Shown: piece after piece, positions 49,688 through 63,249 of the stretch
Position numbering within the stretch: the first letter of the stretch is position 1
Layout of the letters: every line of letters begins with the position of its first letter
Origin: Narcine bancroftii
Lineage: Eukaryota
Direction of reading: 5' to 3'
Length of the DNA stretch: 64,000 bases
Assembly: GCF_036971445.1 (NCBI RefSeq)
Contig: NC_091474.1
Span: forward strand, 14,012,001 to 14,076,000
Program-made: the position numbers and the translations under genes
Notes under the pieces: generated by a model
What the model was told of the DNA's origin: nothing
Seen by the model: the letters and a program-made list of their open reading frames with translations, nothing else
Database searches by the model: none

Positions 49688-52020
49688 ATTAGAACTATAG
49701 AATTGTAGAACACTCCAGTGCGGAAACAGGTTCCTTCAGCCCTTTTCGTCTGTGCCGAAACATTTTTTTTTGCTTACTCCCACTAACCTGCACCCTATCC
49801 ATAGCTCTTCATACCTCTCCCATCCAAGTACCTGTCCAAATTCTTCTTAAATTTTAAAATTGAGCCCTAATTCATCACCTCAGCTGGCAGGTCATTCCAC
49901 ACTCCCACCTCTCACTGTGTAAACTATTCCCATTTCCCTCGTTTTACCCAGTTCATCTAGTTTGTATCTTACCTCCCCTCAGTGGAAAAAAGTCTATCTA
50001 CATTTACTCTGTCTATCCCCCTCATAATTTTCAATACCTCCATCAAATTTCCACTAATTCTTCTACTCTCCAGGGAATAATGTCCTAACCTGTTTAACCT
50101 TTCCCTGTAACTCTGTTACTGAAGACCTGGCAACATCCTAGTAAATCTTCTCTGCACTCTTTCTATCTTATTGATATCTTTCCTGTGGTTAGATGAGCAA
50201 AATTGCACATAATACTCCAATTTTAGCTTCACCAATGTCTTATGTGACTTTACCATAACATCCCAACTCTACTCAATACTTTGATTTATGAAAGCCAATT
50301 TGCAAAAAGCTCTCTTTACAACCCGATCCACCTGTGACACCACTTTCAGGTAACCCAGATCCATTTATTCTACCACACTCCTCAGTGTCCTACCATTTAT
50401 TGTTCTTTTTTGGGTTGTCCTTTCAAAATGTAATACCTCACACTTGTCTGCATTAAATAGCATCTTCCATTTTTTAGCCTATTTTCCCAGCTGGTCCAGA
50501 TCCCTCTGCAAGCTTTGAAAACCTTCTTGACTGTTCATAAAGCCTCCAATCTAAGTGTCATTTGAAAACTTGCTAATCCAATTGACCACATTATCATTCA
50601 GATCACTGAAAAAGATGACAAACAACAATGGTCTCAGCTCCGATCCCTGCTCTGGCTGCTCCCATTAAGCCATTGTCAAATCAAGTTCACTATGAATACT
50701 TAGCGTCTGAACCTTCCTAACTAACCTCCCACATGGGACCTTGCCAAAGGCCTTAGTAAGTCAATGTAGGCATCATCCACAGCCTTTCCTTCATCAAATT
50801 TCCCCATAACCTCCTTGAAAAACTCTATAAGATTGATTAAGTGCAACTAGCACACACAAAGCCATGTTGACTATCCCTATTCAGTTTCTGTCTATCCAAA
50901 TAATTGTATATCTGATCTCTTAGAATGCCTTCCAATAATCTACATGCTACAGATGTCAGCCTCACAGGCCTTTCAGTTCCAGGATTACTTTTGAAGACTT
51001 TTTTAAAACAATGGAGCAACATGAGCTCCCCTCCAATCCTCCGGCACCTCACCCATGGCTAAGGACATTTTAAATATTTCTTCCAGAGCCTCTGCAATTT
51101 CTACACTAGCATCCCTCGAGGTCCAAAAGAATATCTTGTCAGGCCCTGGGGATTTATCCATCCTTATTTGCTTTAAGTCATCTACCACTTCCTCCTCTTT
51201 ATTTTATGACCAAACTGCTTGTTTTCCTTACTTCCCACAACTCTGTGCCCGTTTCCTGAGTGAGTATTGATTGAAAAATTATTTATGATCTCCCCATCTC
51301 TTTCGGCTCCATACAAAGCTGACCACCCTGATCTTCCCTTACTATCCTTTTTACTCTTGATATACGTATAGAAACCCTTTGGAGTTTTCTTCGCATTCTC
51401 TGCCAAAGCAACCTCATGTCTTCTGTCAGTCTTCAGATTTCTTTTTTGAGGTTTATCGGGCATTTTTTATACTCCTTGAGTTTCTTTTTTTCCCCCATGT
51501 TGTCTATTCTTGCTCTATATTCCTCTCTTCTTCCAAACCAGATCCCCAATATCCCTCAAAAACTAAGGTTCCAACAGCCTGCTAACATTGCTTTTAATCC
51601 TGACAGGAACATACAAACTCTGTACTCTCAAAATTTCACCTCTGAAGGTTCTGCACTTGCCTCACACATCCTTGTCCATAAACAACTTATCCCAATCCAT
51701 TCTGGATCTTTTCTCATTTCTTCAAAATTGGAATTTCTCCAATTTAGAATCTCAACCTGAGGCCCAGACCTACCCTTCTCCATAATTAACTTGAAATCTA
51801 TGTCTTTTTGAACACTGGACTCAAGATCTTCCCTTACACATACTTTGGTCATCTGTCCTGTCTTGTTCCCTAATAGGAGATCCAGTATTGTCTTCTCTCT
51901 TGTTGATGCCTCTAAATATTGAGTTAGAAAAAAAAAATTCCTGATACGGTTGACAAACTCCAAGCCATCTAGCCCTTTTACAGTATGCCAATTCTCATTG
52001 ACTATTGGGCAGTCTAATGT
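49688..52020 (-). mobile_element. Decayed CR1 ORF2 with 3' tail
   Basis: GLDGLEFV..FLTQY.EASTREKTILDLLLGN (51628-52038), DKSPGPD..EVPEDWRGAHVAPLF (51003-51188) and RPVRLTSV..QHGF (50837-51052). Tail agaactatagaa at ~49690. Confidence 0.9.
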
Positions 52021-53096
52021 TATTTTTATTCTCCCCACATTCCATCATTCCCCCAGGGGAAATGACAATGCTTAATTAACTTATCTACCTGCCTGTCTTT
52101 GGGAACTGGAAGGAAGCTGGTATATTGGGAGGAAACCTATACAGTCACAGGAGGAATGTGCAGATTTCACACAGAGGGAGTGTAGGTTACGATTGAATTT
52201 CAGATCAATGGTAAAAGACATAATATTGTTGATGATGATTGATGTTAGTTTTACATTTCAATTCCATCCTCAATCTCCTGTGTATGTGCAATCTTACATT
52301 GATCCTCTGTAAAATTATTAAATATTGGGTCACCTGAAGCACTGATGAGATGATTCCAAGTTTTGTACTTTTAAACTAGAATAGAGGAAATATCACAGGA
52401 TAGTTGGAAATCATACAAAAGATTGAGTTAAAATGGGAGACCATGGAATATTAAAGTATTCAAATCATGTTTTGGAGCCCGTAATATAGAACCAACAATT
52501 GTGAAAAGGGTGTTTAAATCCAAGGGAATTTAAATAATGAATTAGTTAAATTTGAAATGAAAAGTTATCACTGGTAATAGCAATTGTGCATTATTGAATT
52601 ATTTACTAAATGTTGTTTTTGTTTCAAAAGTTACCATACTTGTGAGTTTTAGTTGTTTTGTAACTCCAGACGTACATCAATATCCTCTAAAATGACTACT
52701 CAGTTCAAGGACAGATAAGATGATAAAGTTCAATGCTGCAGTAAATCAACCTAATGCTTTGAGTGAATTGAATGCCTCTGGAAGATGGAAATAACTTTTG
52801 CAGGAAAATGAACATTCTTTGAACATTTTTGAATCATAGCAGTATTTTTTTGAATAATGGAAGAATTAAGGGTTATGGGAATGTGAAGTTGAGTGGAGTT
52901 AAGTCCATGGCCAATCTTATTGAATGGAAGAGCAGACTCCACAGACCAGATGCTCTTCTGATCTGATTTCTTTCTTATGGAACTTCCTTTTGAGGTTATA
53001 CAGTTACCCAGTATTATTTTTAACAATGAACACTACATTGGAAGGTTTTGTATTTCTTATGCAAATTATATTTACCCAAGAACTGATAAGATAAAT

Positions 53097-53454
53097 CAGT
53101 GTTATTCCACTCACATACCACTTTTAGTAATCCCTATGCCATAAGTGCTCTGTGATGAGTAAGGGATTGCTTAAGGTGGTATGTGAGTGGGACGGGAAGG
53201 TTGAGAACCACTGCTTTAGACCCAATTGTTACTGAAGTATTTTGCTTGAGAAAAATTGTCATTGGCCCATTTCCTTTGGAGTTCAGAAGTGCAGGTAACG
53301 AGTCAATTAGGGACGATTAAAACAGTGGTTTTCAAACTTTTTTCTTTTGGCTCACGTACCATCTTAAGCAATCCCTTATTAATCACAGGCACCTATGGCA
53401 TAGGAAATAGTTAAAGTGGTATGTGAGTGGAAAGATAAAGATTGAGAGCCACTG
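53097..53454. mobile_element. hAT compound MITE, copy 2 (opposite orientation to 37992-38372)
   Basis: cagtg...cactg termini and TSD agataaat / atataaat. Carries the same internal spacer (cccaattgttactgaa..gagaaaaattgtcattggcccatttcctttggag) in reverse. Confidence 0.85.
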
Positions 53455-54809
53455 ATATAAATCAGTGACCAAATGAAATCATCATAAAACTCCTCGTGTA
53501 ATAATGAATAGCAAAATAGAAGTGGAAATATTTATGATGAACTATCCTCATGGTAAAATGGACATTTTGCATGAAATGTGAATGGTTTGAAGTGCTCAGT
53601 CGACTCACTAGCAGACAATCCTTTCATAGATACTTTGAAGCAAAACTTATTTGATTTTTATGTGAGTTGCTTTGCTGTTTTAGCTTTTATCTGAGTCGAC
53701 TGCGGCTGACCAAGTTTTATGAATTCTCTGCAAATTGAACTATTGCTTCAAAACTGTTTCTTCTTCCTTGCTCTGTGCGCTGGTCCGAGAACCCTTTAGA
53801 GCCACGACTGGCTCGTCAGCAGCGGTGAATGGAAACTTAGCCTCGTTGGGGCCAAGCTTTATCACTGTTCGCAGAATCCTGGCTTGAACCAACTAAATGT
53901 TTGCAATGTCCATTCACTGTCAAAAGGGCAAGAGTACAGGCAGTGTGGAGTGAACTTTGAAAAGTATTTTTATTGGACGATGGAACTTTTCCCCAACCCC
54001 AACCCCGTCCCCTTCCTCCTTCAGCACAGATGCGTGGCTGGCCTTGACTTGATTATTGCGGTCAGAACCACAGAAACTACGACTGATCATTGGTCGAGCT
54101 TTCCCAAACAGATCCAGCCTGCAAAACCATTAATCCCAACTCCTGGCCTGCTGTGCCAAAGAGAGTTTCTCTTTATCCGGACTTTTGCTCACTCAGCTCG
54201 GAAGATCATAATTGAAGAAAATGGTAAGAATGACTCTGCACTTCATGGTCATTAGTAAATTAAACTTTCAATTCAAGGCACCGAAGCTTCTCAGACAAAT
54301 GGAAGTATTTTGCATTGTCAAACGACAAATTTTATTTCTTATCCAGCGGAAACATCATTACAATGATCAATAAATGCAATATTTACCTAGACCATGTAAA
54401 CTTGGGACAAAGAATGGGCAGCAATGATTTGCTTTATACTCTTAGTACAAGTTTGATTTATGAAAAAAAAACAACTCCATCAGAGATATTGTGTATTTTA
54501 ATGAATCCAGTTCAGCAAAAAAAAAATCAGTTTAATTACATTAATTAATAAATGACCTGACAAGTTTTTAAACTGATGCTGAATCCAATCTGGTTTGAGA
54601 TTTAACCGTCTATAGTTTGGTTCATAAGCGATAGAGTGATTAAGACTCCAGTATTTGGAATCATAACGGATGTTCATAGGGTGTATGAAAGACTCTTTGT
54701 GTCTGCATTCTGTCTCAAGCGTTCATTCCATCTGCTTGCTTGAATTCCATATAATTTCGGAGCATCCTATTTTTCTGAGAGCTCTTTAACGAGATTACAA
54801 AACATTAAC

Positions 54810-55010
54810 TTTGCTGTGATTCATCACGTGGCGGAAGTTAATGGCAATTGCAGTATTTTGTTCCTCTCGCTCTCTCCTGCAGTGAAGAATTTGTTGCATT
54901 GCTGTGAAAGAATTGTGGGATTAAAGCTGGAGGCGACGCAATCTTATTGGGCCGGGCTGCAGGCAGGCGAGTGATTTTAATACGTGGTGTGGAGCCGGCG
55001 AATCGCGCAG
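54810..55010 (+). promoter_or_regulatory. Probable Pol II promoter in a CpG-enriched, repeat-free region
   Basis: E-box CACGTG (54825-54830) abuts an ETS site GCGGAAGT (54831-54838). Also an inverted CCAAT (54946-54950), a TATA-like tttaata (54976-54982) overlapping TACGTG, and an Inr-like cAgttt at 55009. CpG density is far above the rest of the window. Confidence 0.62.
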
Positions 55011-55167
55011 TTTGCCTCAACCCTCGCACCAGGCAGTTCAGTCTCGCTGCCCCACGGTGCAGGACTGGAGCTGTCAAGGGAAGGAGCAGTGACTCCTCGA
55101 CCGCAACGTGTTCCTCATGACCATCGCCCGCGCTGCCACAACCCTGACAAACCTCTTGACATCTCAG
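55009..55167 (+). other. Probable first exon of an unidentified host gene
   Basis: A GC/CpG-rich segment downstream of the promoter ends in the donor CAG|gtaacg (55167/55168). The ATG at 55117 gives 17 open codons to the donor, but in a weak Kozak context. Confidence 0.5.
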
Positions 55168-55736
55168 GTAACGAGTGAAATTGCAAAGGGCTGCGGTGTC
55201 TTGTCGATTTCCTGTTAACAATACCAGCTGTAAGATAGTCACGGCTCTGTTTCTCATTGCTTCTCACTATACAACAATAATCCCTGTTAGGGGCGTGCAG
55301 TCCTGATAGGTGCATATAGTGGGGTGTTTTTTTGTTTACTCATTTATCAATTATAGAGAGTTTTTTTTGGTGTGTGTGTGGGGGTAACTTGCAATGTTAG
55401 AAACTGGAGAAATCGTGATCTCTCTCTCTCGGCTGGGAGTACACAGACCAATCCATTCCCACCAGAAATAAGGCACCCTCTAGATCGGAGCAGACAGTGC
55501 GAGCCAAGAGTGTAGCCACGGGATCTTGCCGATCAGAGGTGTGTTCTGGAGTGTTGTCATCGGTGTCAACCCCCTCCCCCCAGCGGTTTATGTCAGTCTG
55601 TGGGACGGGATTCCCGGACCCCCCCCCCCCCCCTTCCCCCGAGAGACTCCATTCCGACTCGCTATGGGTGTGCCTGTTAAATGTTGGAACCCTCAGTCGT
55701 ACAGACAGAAATGACAGGCGCTTTAAAGTGCAGCCA

Positions 55737-55891
55737 NNNNNNNNNNNNNNNNNNNNNNNNNNNNNNNNNNNNNNNNNNNNNNNNNNNNNNNNNNNNNNNN
55801 NNNNNNNNNNNNNNNNNNNNNNNNNNNNNNNNNNNNNNNNNNNNNNNNNNNNNNNNNNNNNNNNNNNNNNNNNNNNNNNNNNNNNNNNNNN
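55737..55891. other. Assembly gap or masked run (155 N)
   Basis: Run of n. Confidence 0.99.
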
Positions 55892-58800
55892 GTCTTCATT
55901 TTAACCTTCTTTACTCGGTGCGTTGAATCAAAATCGAATGTTTCCAGGAGCCAGAAACTTAAAATTGCAACCCCACGTGAATGGCCATTACTCGGCTCAT
56001 TAGTCGCTAATTTAAGATCATTTCATGATGTTCCGATGGTATTCTTTTATATTTCTTTTGACACACAAGAGGCATAAAATCCACAATGAGCAGCAGGGAG
56101 CAGCGTCTGCTTTTGCTCTGACGTGCTGTCTGCACAGTTACATTGTGAGGAGGAAAAATGGCAACGAAAGGACTCCCAGGAACCTTGTGAACCCGAGAGC
56201 TGGATACGCTGCTATTTACCTTCTCATATACCTGGTGGGGGTTTTTTTAAAACTGCATTTTCCCAGTAAAATGGAGCCAGTTTGGTAAAAGACAAGCCGA
56301 GTGGTTTTGCAGAGGTGAGTGTGGAAGGAGAAAAAGTGCAAGCGAAAGATGGTTTGGCACCGATGGGTCGGCGGATGGAAAAAGCTAAATGAATGGAGGG
56401 TTGGTCACGTATTGAGTGTATCAAAGCAATGTATCGAACTTGAGGCGAAAGCTTCCAACACCTCCGGGCCACGTTATACTTGGAGTGGGTGATTAATTGG
56501 ACCCTCTCCTCCCCTGAAAATGGTGTGTTTTTTTCGTGAGGCTTTTAATGGGTAGCATTCCTGTTATTAGAGTCAGGAGGTTATTTGATCAAGCGGAGGA
56601 TCAGCTCGGTGTTGGTAGAATAGGAGGCACTGACATCTGCATTTAGAGCCAGCTGGAAGGGCAAGAATGTCTGGTAAGTTGCAGCGACGTTTCTCGTTCC
56701 TCAGACATTTGGTTCCCCATGGTGTTGTGTGGGATCTTCCCATGTGCATCCTGACCCCCCCCCCCCCCCCCCCCCCTGTCTTGGAAGGGCACTGCAGACT
56801 TGCTTTGTGAAGAGAGCAATTAGAATATGTTCCAGGTTGTTCTGAGATGTGATGGACAGGTGGTTATGGAATGGTTTTGAACGAACATTGTGCCTCTTGA
56901 AGAAAGCGTGTATCATTTGACGGATTCACATTTACTTTTCTCCCTGGTTTGAATTCGATTCGTTTAGAAACTGGCGATATTTTGCAGTGAAAGTCATGAT
57001 TGTTTTCATGTATTGCATTACAATACTTTAAAAATAATTATTTCTAACTTTTGTGTGTCATTTGCTTAAATCTTGATAGTGGAATGAACATTACTTTTGG
57101 GGAACAAGCAAAAATATTTCTCAATTGAGACGTGGTGCATCTGCAAAAGATTTTTTTGCTGGTCTGCCCTGTTTAGTATCCATGAGTCACTGTATTTGTT
57201 CTTCCAGCATTGCTGTCATTGAGTTGCTCTGCAAAAATGTGATGCAGTGGAGCTGACAAAGTGATTATGGAAGTCACCTTTATTAATGCTTAACATTGTT
57301 TTTATGCAGAACTTCACTGCAAGGCTTACAATCATGTGGAGTGGCTGAATTGCAGGGGTGGGGCAGGATAGTCTTCCTTCACTATGTGGCAAAGATGCAT
57401 GAAGTCCAGATTTGACAGATAGATGAGATGTTCTCCTGCTAAGAAATTAGCTTTATTGTCAGGCTATGGATTTGAGATGCATTTGAGATTAAATCCTAAT
57501 TTTGTAAATGTTTTAAGTTGTGGATCAATGCTTCAAGTTATCACATCAGCATATCCCCAAGTAGTTACAATTAATGAAAGCTTAATTTTAAAAAAGTTCA
57601 TTGAGAATGAAAGACGCACACTGGAATAAGTTGGTTACTTAATTTGGTTGGGTAGTCATTTGAAAGGGGAGAGAACACACACACACACGAATGCACACCT
57701 ACACACACTTTTTGCAATACCATTCAAATGACAACAAATGCCAACACACGGTGTAGACCATGTCATCCTTTGGAATGGCCACTGATTTATTTTGTCTTTG
57801 AAAACTTCTGAGATCAGATATTGGGTGTGTCCTTTGAGATTGCCTGAATCATTTGCTTCTTGCTGAAGTAGCAAAACTGGCCACAACGTCAATGTTGTGC
57901 CATCTTGGGAAAGGTACATCAGAAAACAATCACCTGAACTATTTTTTTTAAAAAAGGGATTAATCAGGGAATGCAAATTCTCCATACTTATTAATTCCAT
58001 TTGTTTTCATAAATACTGACGGATCAATTCTTAGTTGTCATGTGCAAGCAATAAAACTTTTATATTAAAAAAATGGTTGATACTGGATAGAAGGAAGTTC
58101 ACAACAGAGCTTGACTTTGTTTTGACTTGTAACCTGAATAGATGAGTAATGACTGGAGAACTACTGTCTCTTGATTTGAAGAGCTCCTTGTTTGGAAGAG
58201 TGTGAATGTGGAAATTTTGAAACAATGGATTATTGGTGTTTTGGAAAATAAGAAGATTGCTCAATCTTGTAGTCTGCTGGAAAACTTGCTCACCTTACAG
58301 GTATCTCGCAGTATTTCTTCACTCATATTTGTACTTGTATTGATTGGCAGTGGCTTGGGCTGATATGGTAACAACCTGGGCTAAGTTAAAAGTTCACTGA
58401 TAGAAATCTTAATTTGGTGCATATGACTCAGCTGGTGAGAATGCTGAAGAGCCCTGTAGTATTGTAGATGCCTTCCTCCACAATTATTTGAAGTGTATTC
58501 CCATCTCCTTGTGCAGTAGGCAACGTTTGATGCTCTGGTTTCACTAATAATGTGTTCATTTGTTGTCAGTGAGTTCTACTTGTCATCACTTAGCGTCTGA
58601 CTGTACATTAAGTCGCTGTCTGAAGCATTAAACATTTGCAGCCCTCATAATACAATTCACATTGTATCTTTTCAAATTATTTGTCGGCATGTGAAGCTCC
58701 ATTGCAAGCCTTGCTTCTCATAAGATGATCCTTTCTCCAGACTTGAGTTGGGAAATATCCACCAACACATGGTTTCTTCCATCAGGCTCTTGAATGAACC

Positions 58801-59340
58801 CCCACAATAGTGATCTTGTGCTGCCATTGCTTGGTGCTGATTGATTTTTCTTTTCATTATGGTAAACTCTATAAATTGCGCTCTATGCAGACGTATGAAA
58901 TGTTAGAAATAATCAGTTAGTATGATCACAAAAGAACATTTCTCACTCTGATTGGTATTGTATGACAAATAAACACTCAAACTTCAATGTAATTGGAATA
59001 GATCTCTATTGGTAAGACTTTTAAACTTCTAAAGCTTCCATATATACTTGTTGTAATCACAACTGTTTTCTTCAAATGAATGTGAATGTTTTTAATATGC
59101 AAGTTGTGTCCCTGTGTGGCATTGTAAGTTTTAAATTCAGTTCACTGTCTGCCAGATAATACTTGAAGAAGAAATCTCAGTGAAGTTTTATGATGGACGC
59201 TTTCATCTAACTGGCAACTGAATCTCCCATCATATAACTAGAATGTTCAGAAACTTTACATTCAAATTTATTGTCGTGCATTCCATGGTGCAGTGAGAAA
59301 GTTGTGCTGGAAGTAGTACAGCTAGTCATTCCTTAAACAG

Positions 59341-59963
59341 TGTAGCAAGGGTGATACACTGGAGTGACAGTAAGCAGACACAAGATTCAAAAGACTGAAA
59401 CAACAGGCTTTATTCAGCTTAAAGTCTCTGCTGTGGCTAGCTGTGCCTTGTGACTGGCCTCAAGAGGGGCCGGATGTTGTGTTTCATGTACGGTTCCCAA
59501 ATTTGTTCTCCCGCGGACCTCCACCGCCGAAAATGACAGAAGGCGAAGAAGACGAAATGAACTGACCCAGTATGTAAAAATAGAAGACACAAATTTCTTG
59601 TTTATTTTTATTGTGTGATGACATTGTTTAATGGGTTTAACGTATCATATAGGTTGAATGTTGAGTGGGTAGGGAGGGGGGAGGTGAAGGAGGGAGAGGG
59701 GGGAAAAAGGGGAGAAAATGACACTGTGTATATTCAAGAGGGAAATGTTTGTGTGTATTTTGGTTAGTATGGTTCATAGCATGGAAAAAAAAAAAGAGGG
59801 GCTGGATGTGGCTTATATCCTGGGCGGCTCTTTGGCAGCTGACCAGGTGGGGTTTAGTCCATTTAGGTTGACTGACAGCTGGCCAGGTGTGGTCTGTCCT
59901 CTGGTGATCTTCCTGCAGGTACAGTGGTCACCCCCTGCAGTAGGCTAGTGATGTATCAACACA
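59341..59963 (-). mobile_element. Probable solo LTR (interrupted by L1)
   Basis: Subterminal inverted tgataca / tgtatca, with AATAAA (~59408-59413) and TATAA (~59813-59817) on the minus strand in LTR order. Same layout as 3597-3827. TSD not resolved. Confidence 0.55.
59478..59793 (+). mobile_element. L1-like 3' end with 31-bp 5' inversion, poly(A) and 16-bp TSD
   Basis: TSD aagaggggc(c/t)ggatgt at 59462-59477 and 59794-59809. 59511-59785 is the reverse complement of ~385-661, whereas 59478-59508 matches 677-706 in the same orientation. Confidence 0.92.
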
Positions 59964-62900
59964 GTAAGTAAAACTCAATACTGATGCAAACTTGTAGACA
60001 GAGATCAGTGAGTAGAGAGCTAAGGTAACATTATTTAACTTGTGTGTGATTCACTCAGAAATTAGATAAAGGCGGGAAGGAAGCTATCCTTGAATCTGGT
60101 GGTGTCTAATCTCACACGAGAATTTTCTTCCCATGAGAGGAGAGTGACTGGTGCATGTCCCGTCTTTTACTGCATTAGCTGCTTTTCTGCAATCAGTTTG
60201 GAGGGAAGGGAGTGGGGTTGGAGTGAGGGTCTGAGCTGTGTTCACAACTGTCTGCAGTTTCTTTCGGTCTTGGGTGCGGCAGATTCTGTACCATGCAGTG
60301 ATGTACTCTGTCAGTCGTGCATCTGTGGAAGATGTTGATTTCCTCTGGCTTCTGAGGAAATTGAGGCACTGGCACACTTCCTTGGCCATTGTGTCAATGT
60401 GGCTGGAGCAGGGCAGGCCACTGGAGATGTTTACCCTAAGGAACTTAAACCTGCCAACAATCTCCACCTCCGTACCATTGATGTGGGAATGTACTTGTAC
60501 ATAACCCTGAAATGAGTTTCAGATTAAATGTACACACCATCACTAAGATCATTAGGTTTACTTCCACGATATGAACGAGGGGTTACCAGTGGTTCCATAT
60601 GAATTGATTTTTTTAAAATTTAAGGTAACTATGATTAGAGGGAGGAGGTAGATTAGATTTAGGTTTTTTTCCTTTATTTAATAAAAGTTAATTCAACAAA
60701 TAGGTTTAACATAGATCATTTGAATTAAATGTTTTTGAGGTATTATAAACAATTACTGATGTAGTTTTTAATTACTTTTTCCATTGTTATTTTGTGTGTC
60801 CTTGTATACAAGTGAATTATTATGTAATTGTCAATTCTGTATTTATGCTTTAATGTTAAACTCAATAAAATATTTTAAAAAGAAAGAATCTTGATCAAGC
60901 AATGCCATCAGTAAATATTCTAACTTTTTCTCTTTCGAATCTTTGCTACTGATTCCAGTTTTAAAACCTTTCGGGGTATCCAGATGCCATTTCCAGCCTC
61001 TCCTACTACATCAGTATAGTCATGGTTATTTTTATTGTCCAAATCTTGAGGTCTGGAACTCTATCACTAAACTTTGCTTTTAATATACTTTTCAAAGCCA
61101 GAAAGGTTGTTTGCCCTAACTTTATCTCGTGGCTGACCATCAATATTTTTGTGGACCTTTCTGTGTCTATTTTAAATGAAAGTTACCTGGAGGGTGCAAT
61201 TTTTTTCACTAGTAGAAGTCTGTCATATGAAAGTGTTGAGTCAGTTTGGTGCTGACGTGACATGGTGAGAGAAGTTTTGATATGGTTTGGGGCAAAATTG
61301 ATTTGTTTATTTAAATTGGCAAGTTGATTTGTTGAAATATGCAACCAAATGCTGCAGAAATCTGATAATATCTTAAAGACCTGGAGTAAGTTTAAATGAT
61401 CTGAAGTTGTCACAGTTAAGTTTAGAAACTGCTTCCAAACAGAACAACACATCATTTAAAATAGCTATTTCATTGTGTCATGTACGTTACTTGTTCACTT
61501 TTATGAAGCAACATTTTCAACCAAGACAAACGACATTGTGAGTTAACTGCTTAAATTAGTAATTGAACTCTGTGACTAAGCCAATACAGGATATTAGGAT
61601 GACATTTGAATGTTTTTTTTAAATTGCTATTCGTTTTACAAATAAGCTTATATTCATTGCACATTTGTGGCCATAACCAAAGGGAGAGAAATCCAATGCA
61701 ACTGACTCCATTTATTTGGGTATTGCATTATCTCCTAAACCAGCAGGCAGGTGTAAAATATTTTGATAAATGTTGAAGAAAAAATTGGAGTGCATCATCC
61801 TCCATTGAAGCAGATATTGATTTTTATTTTTTTCTTTGACTAATGACAGTAAGGAAGAGTCCCAGAGATACCATTTAAAAAGACTGCATGTACCTCATTG
61901 GCATTTTTTTTTAGTGTTGCGATAGACTGCAAGTGGAATGTTAAAATATGCTGACCAGTGCGTCGAGGGGATAAGCGTACTCTAATCGACCCCTCACAAT
62001 AAACAGGCTGCTGCTCATCATTCAATCTCAGCTGTCAGCCCCTTTTACCCAGCCTCTTGTGGCCCGACTCTCCCTCCTGAACAAACTCCTGGATTATGTT
62101 GCCAACAGCAGCCTGCAGTTGCTGGGACCCAGGTGCTCAAAGTTCCTTCATTAAGACTGTTCTGAAACACTTAATCTCAGTCTCTGACTGATTTTCAATG
62201 AATTGGAAAGGATGTATGATGTAAACTGTTTTAGTTGCAAATATAAATCAAGTGTAACCAAGACTTTTAAAAGTGACATTTAAGAGAGCTGGTTTTGGAA
62301 GCTTGCTTTGATATCAATGCTTTGATATTGATAGAATTTTAAAACTCATTTGGGCTTTGTTATATTGGTCAGAATTAATAAATTATTCATTATGTGAGGT
62401 TTAATTACCTTTTTGTTCTAATTCAATACCCATTGCTCAAATTTCAGTGGTACCTTTCCAAAATTGATTTTTTTAAACACTGCATATTCGGAGAAAACTG
62501 AAGTCCAAACACATGCAGACATGTTTGTATGGCTGTCACATTGGTTGCTGTCCATTTATTATCAGAATAAACCAAATTGGGTTGCAGTGAGACTGCCAAA
62601 GAAAAGACAGACGTTCACTCTCAAGGGATCAGATTGAGAATGGCAAGCTGGCTGAGGGAGCAGGAGGACTTTCCAGTGATAATTCTGCCTTTCTCCTGCT
62701 TTGCTCCCAAAGAGGAGCATGTGTTTTCATAAGCAGGGTTTGCTCCTTTAAAGTTAGACCTAAATTGCTTGGCTTGAAAATAATAGGATGCCCAATTCAA
62801 TTTTTCTGTTGTCTTTAAATGAGTGTTAAACGGTTTGGGTTTGAGTTCCAAATTTTATTTCAGTCTCTCTGGCTGAGAAGTGGTGAGTTGGACCCATGGT

Positions 62901-63249
62901 ACAATAACAGAACCTACAAATAAAAAGGAGAGCCAATAATGCTGAAGAATCACAGATGCAGAAGATGATTATCTGGCCAATTTTCCTGCACTTTTTTTGA
63001 AGTGAGTGACTCAAACCAATTCTACCTAGGTCCAAAATCCTGCAGGTCATGGGTCTTCAGGTACATGTCAAAATATATTTATAGAGCTCCGAGTTTAAAG
63101 TGTGTTGGCTCTACCATTGAAGATTGTGGTGGAATCTCTTGTACCCAACCTAAACATCTGACTCATAACGGACCATGGAGGGACAGGCTGGATTTTGTAA
63201 TCTGTGTTAAGTACTACCAGTTTTTTTTATCATTTAAATAGCATATTTA

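Larger units (their letters stand above)
59262..60500 (-). mobile_element. Rex1/Babar 3' fragment hosting an LTR and an L1
   Basis: ORF 60084-60467(-): VGRFKFLRVNIS..LTEYITAWY..DRKKLQTVVNTAQ. The tail ttcaaatttattgtc lies at ~59261. Confidence 0.72.

Noticed and set aside
54838-55257. 139-aa minus-strand ORF over the CpG-rich region
   Set aside because: GC-rich promoter DNA is depleted of stops. There is no protein similarity that I recognise, and promoter and donor polarity point to the + strand.
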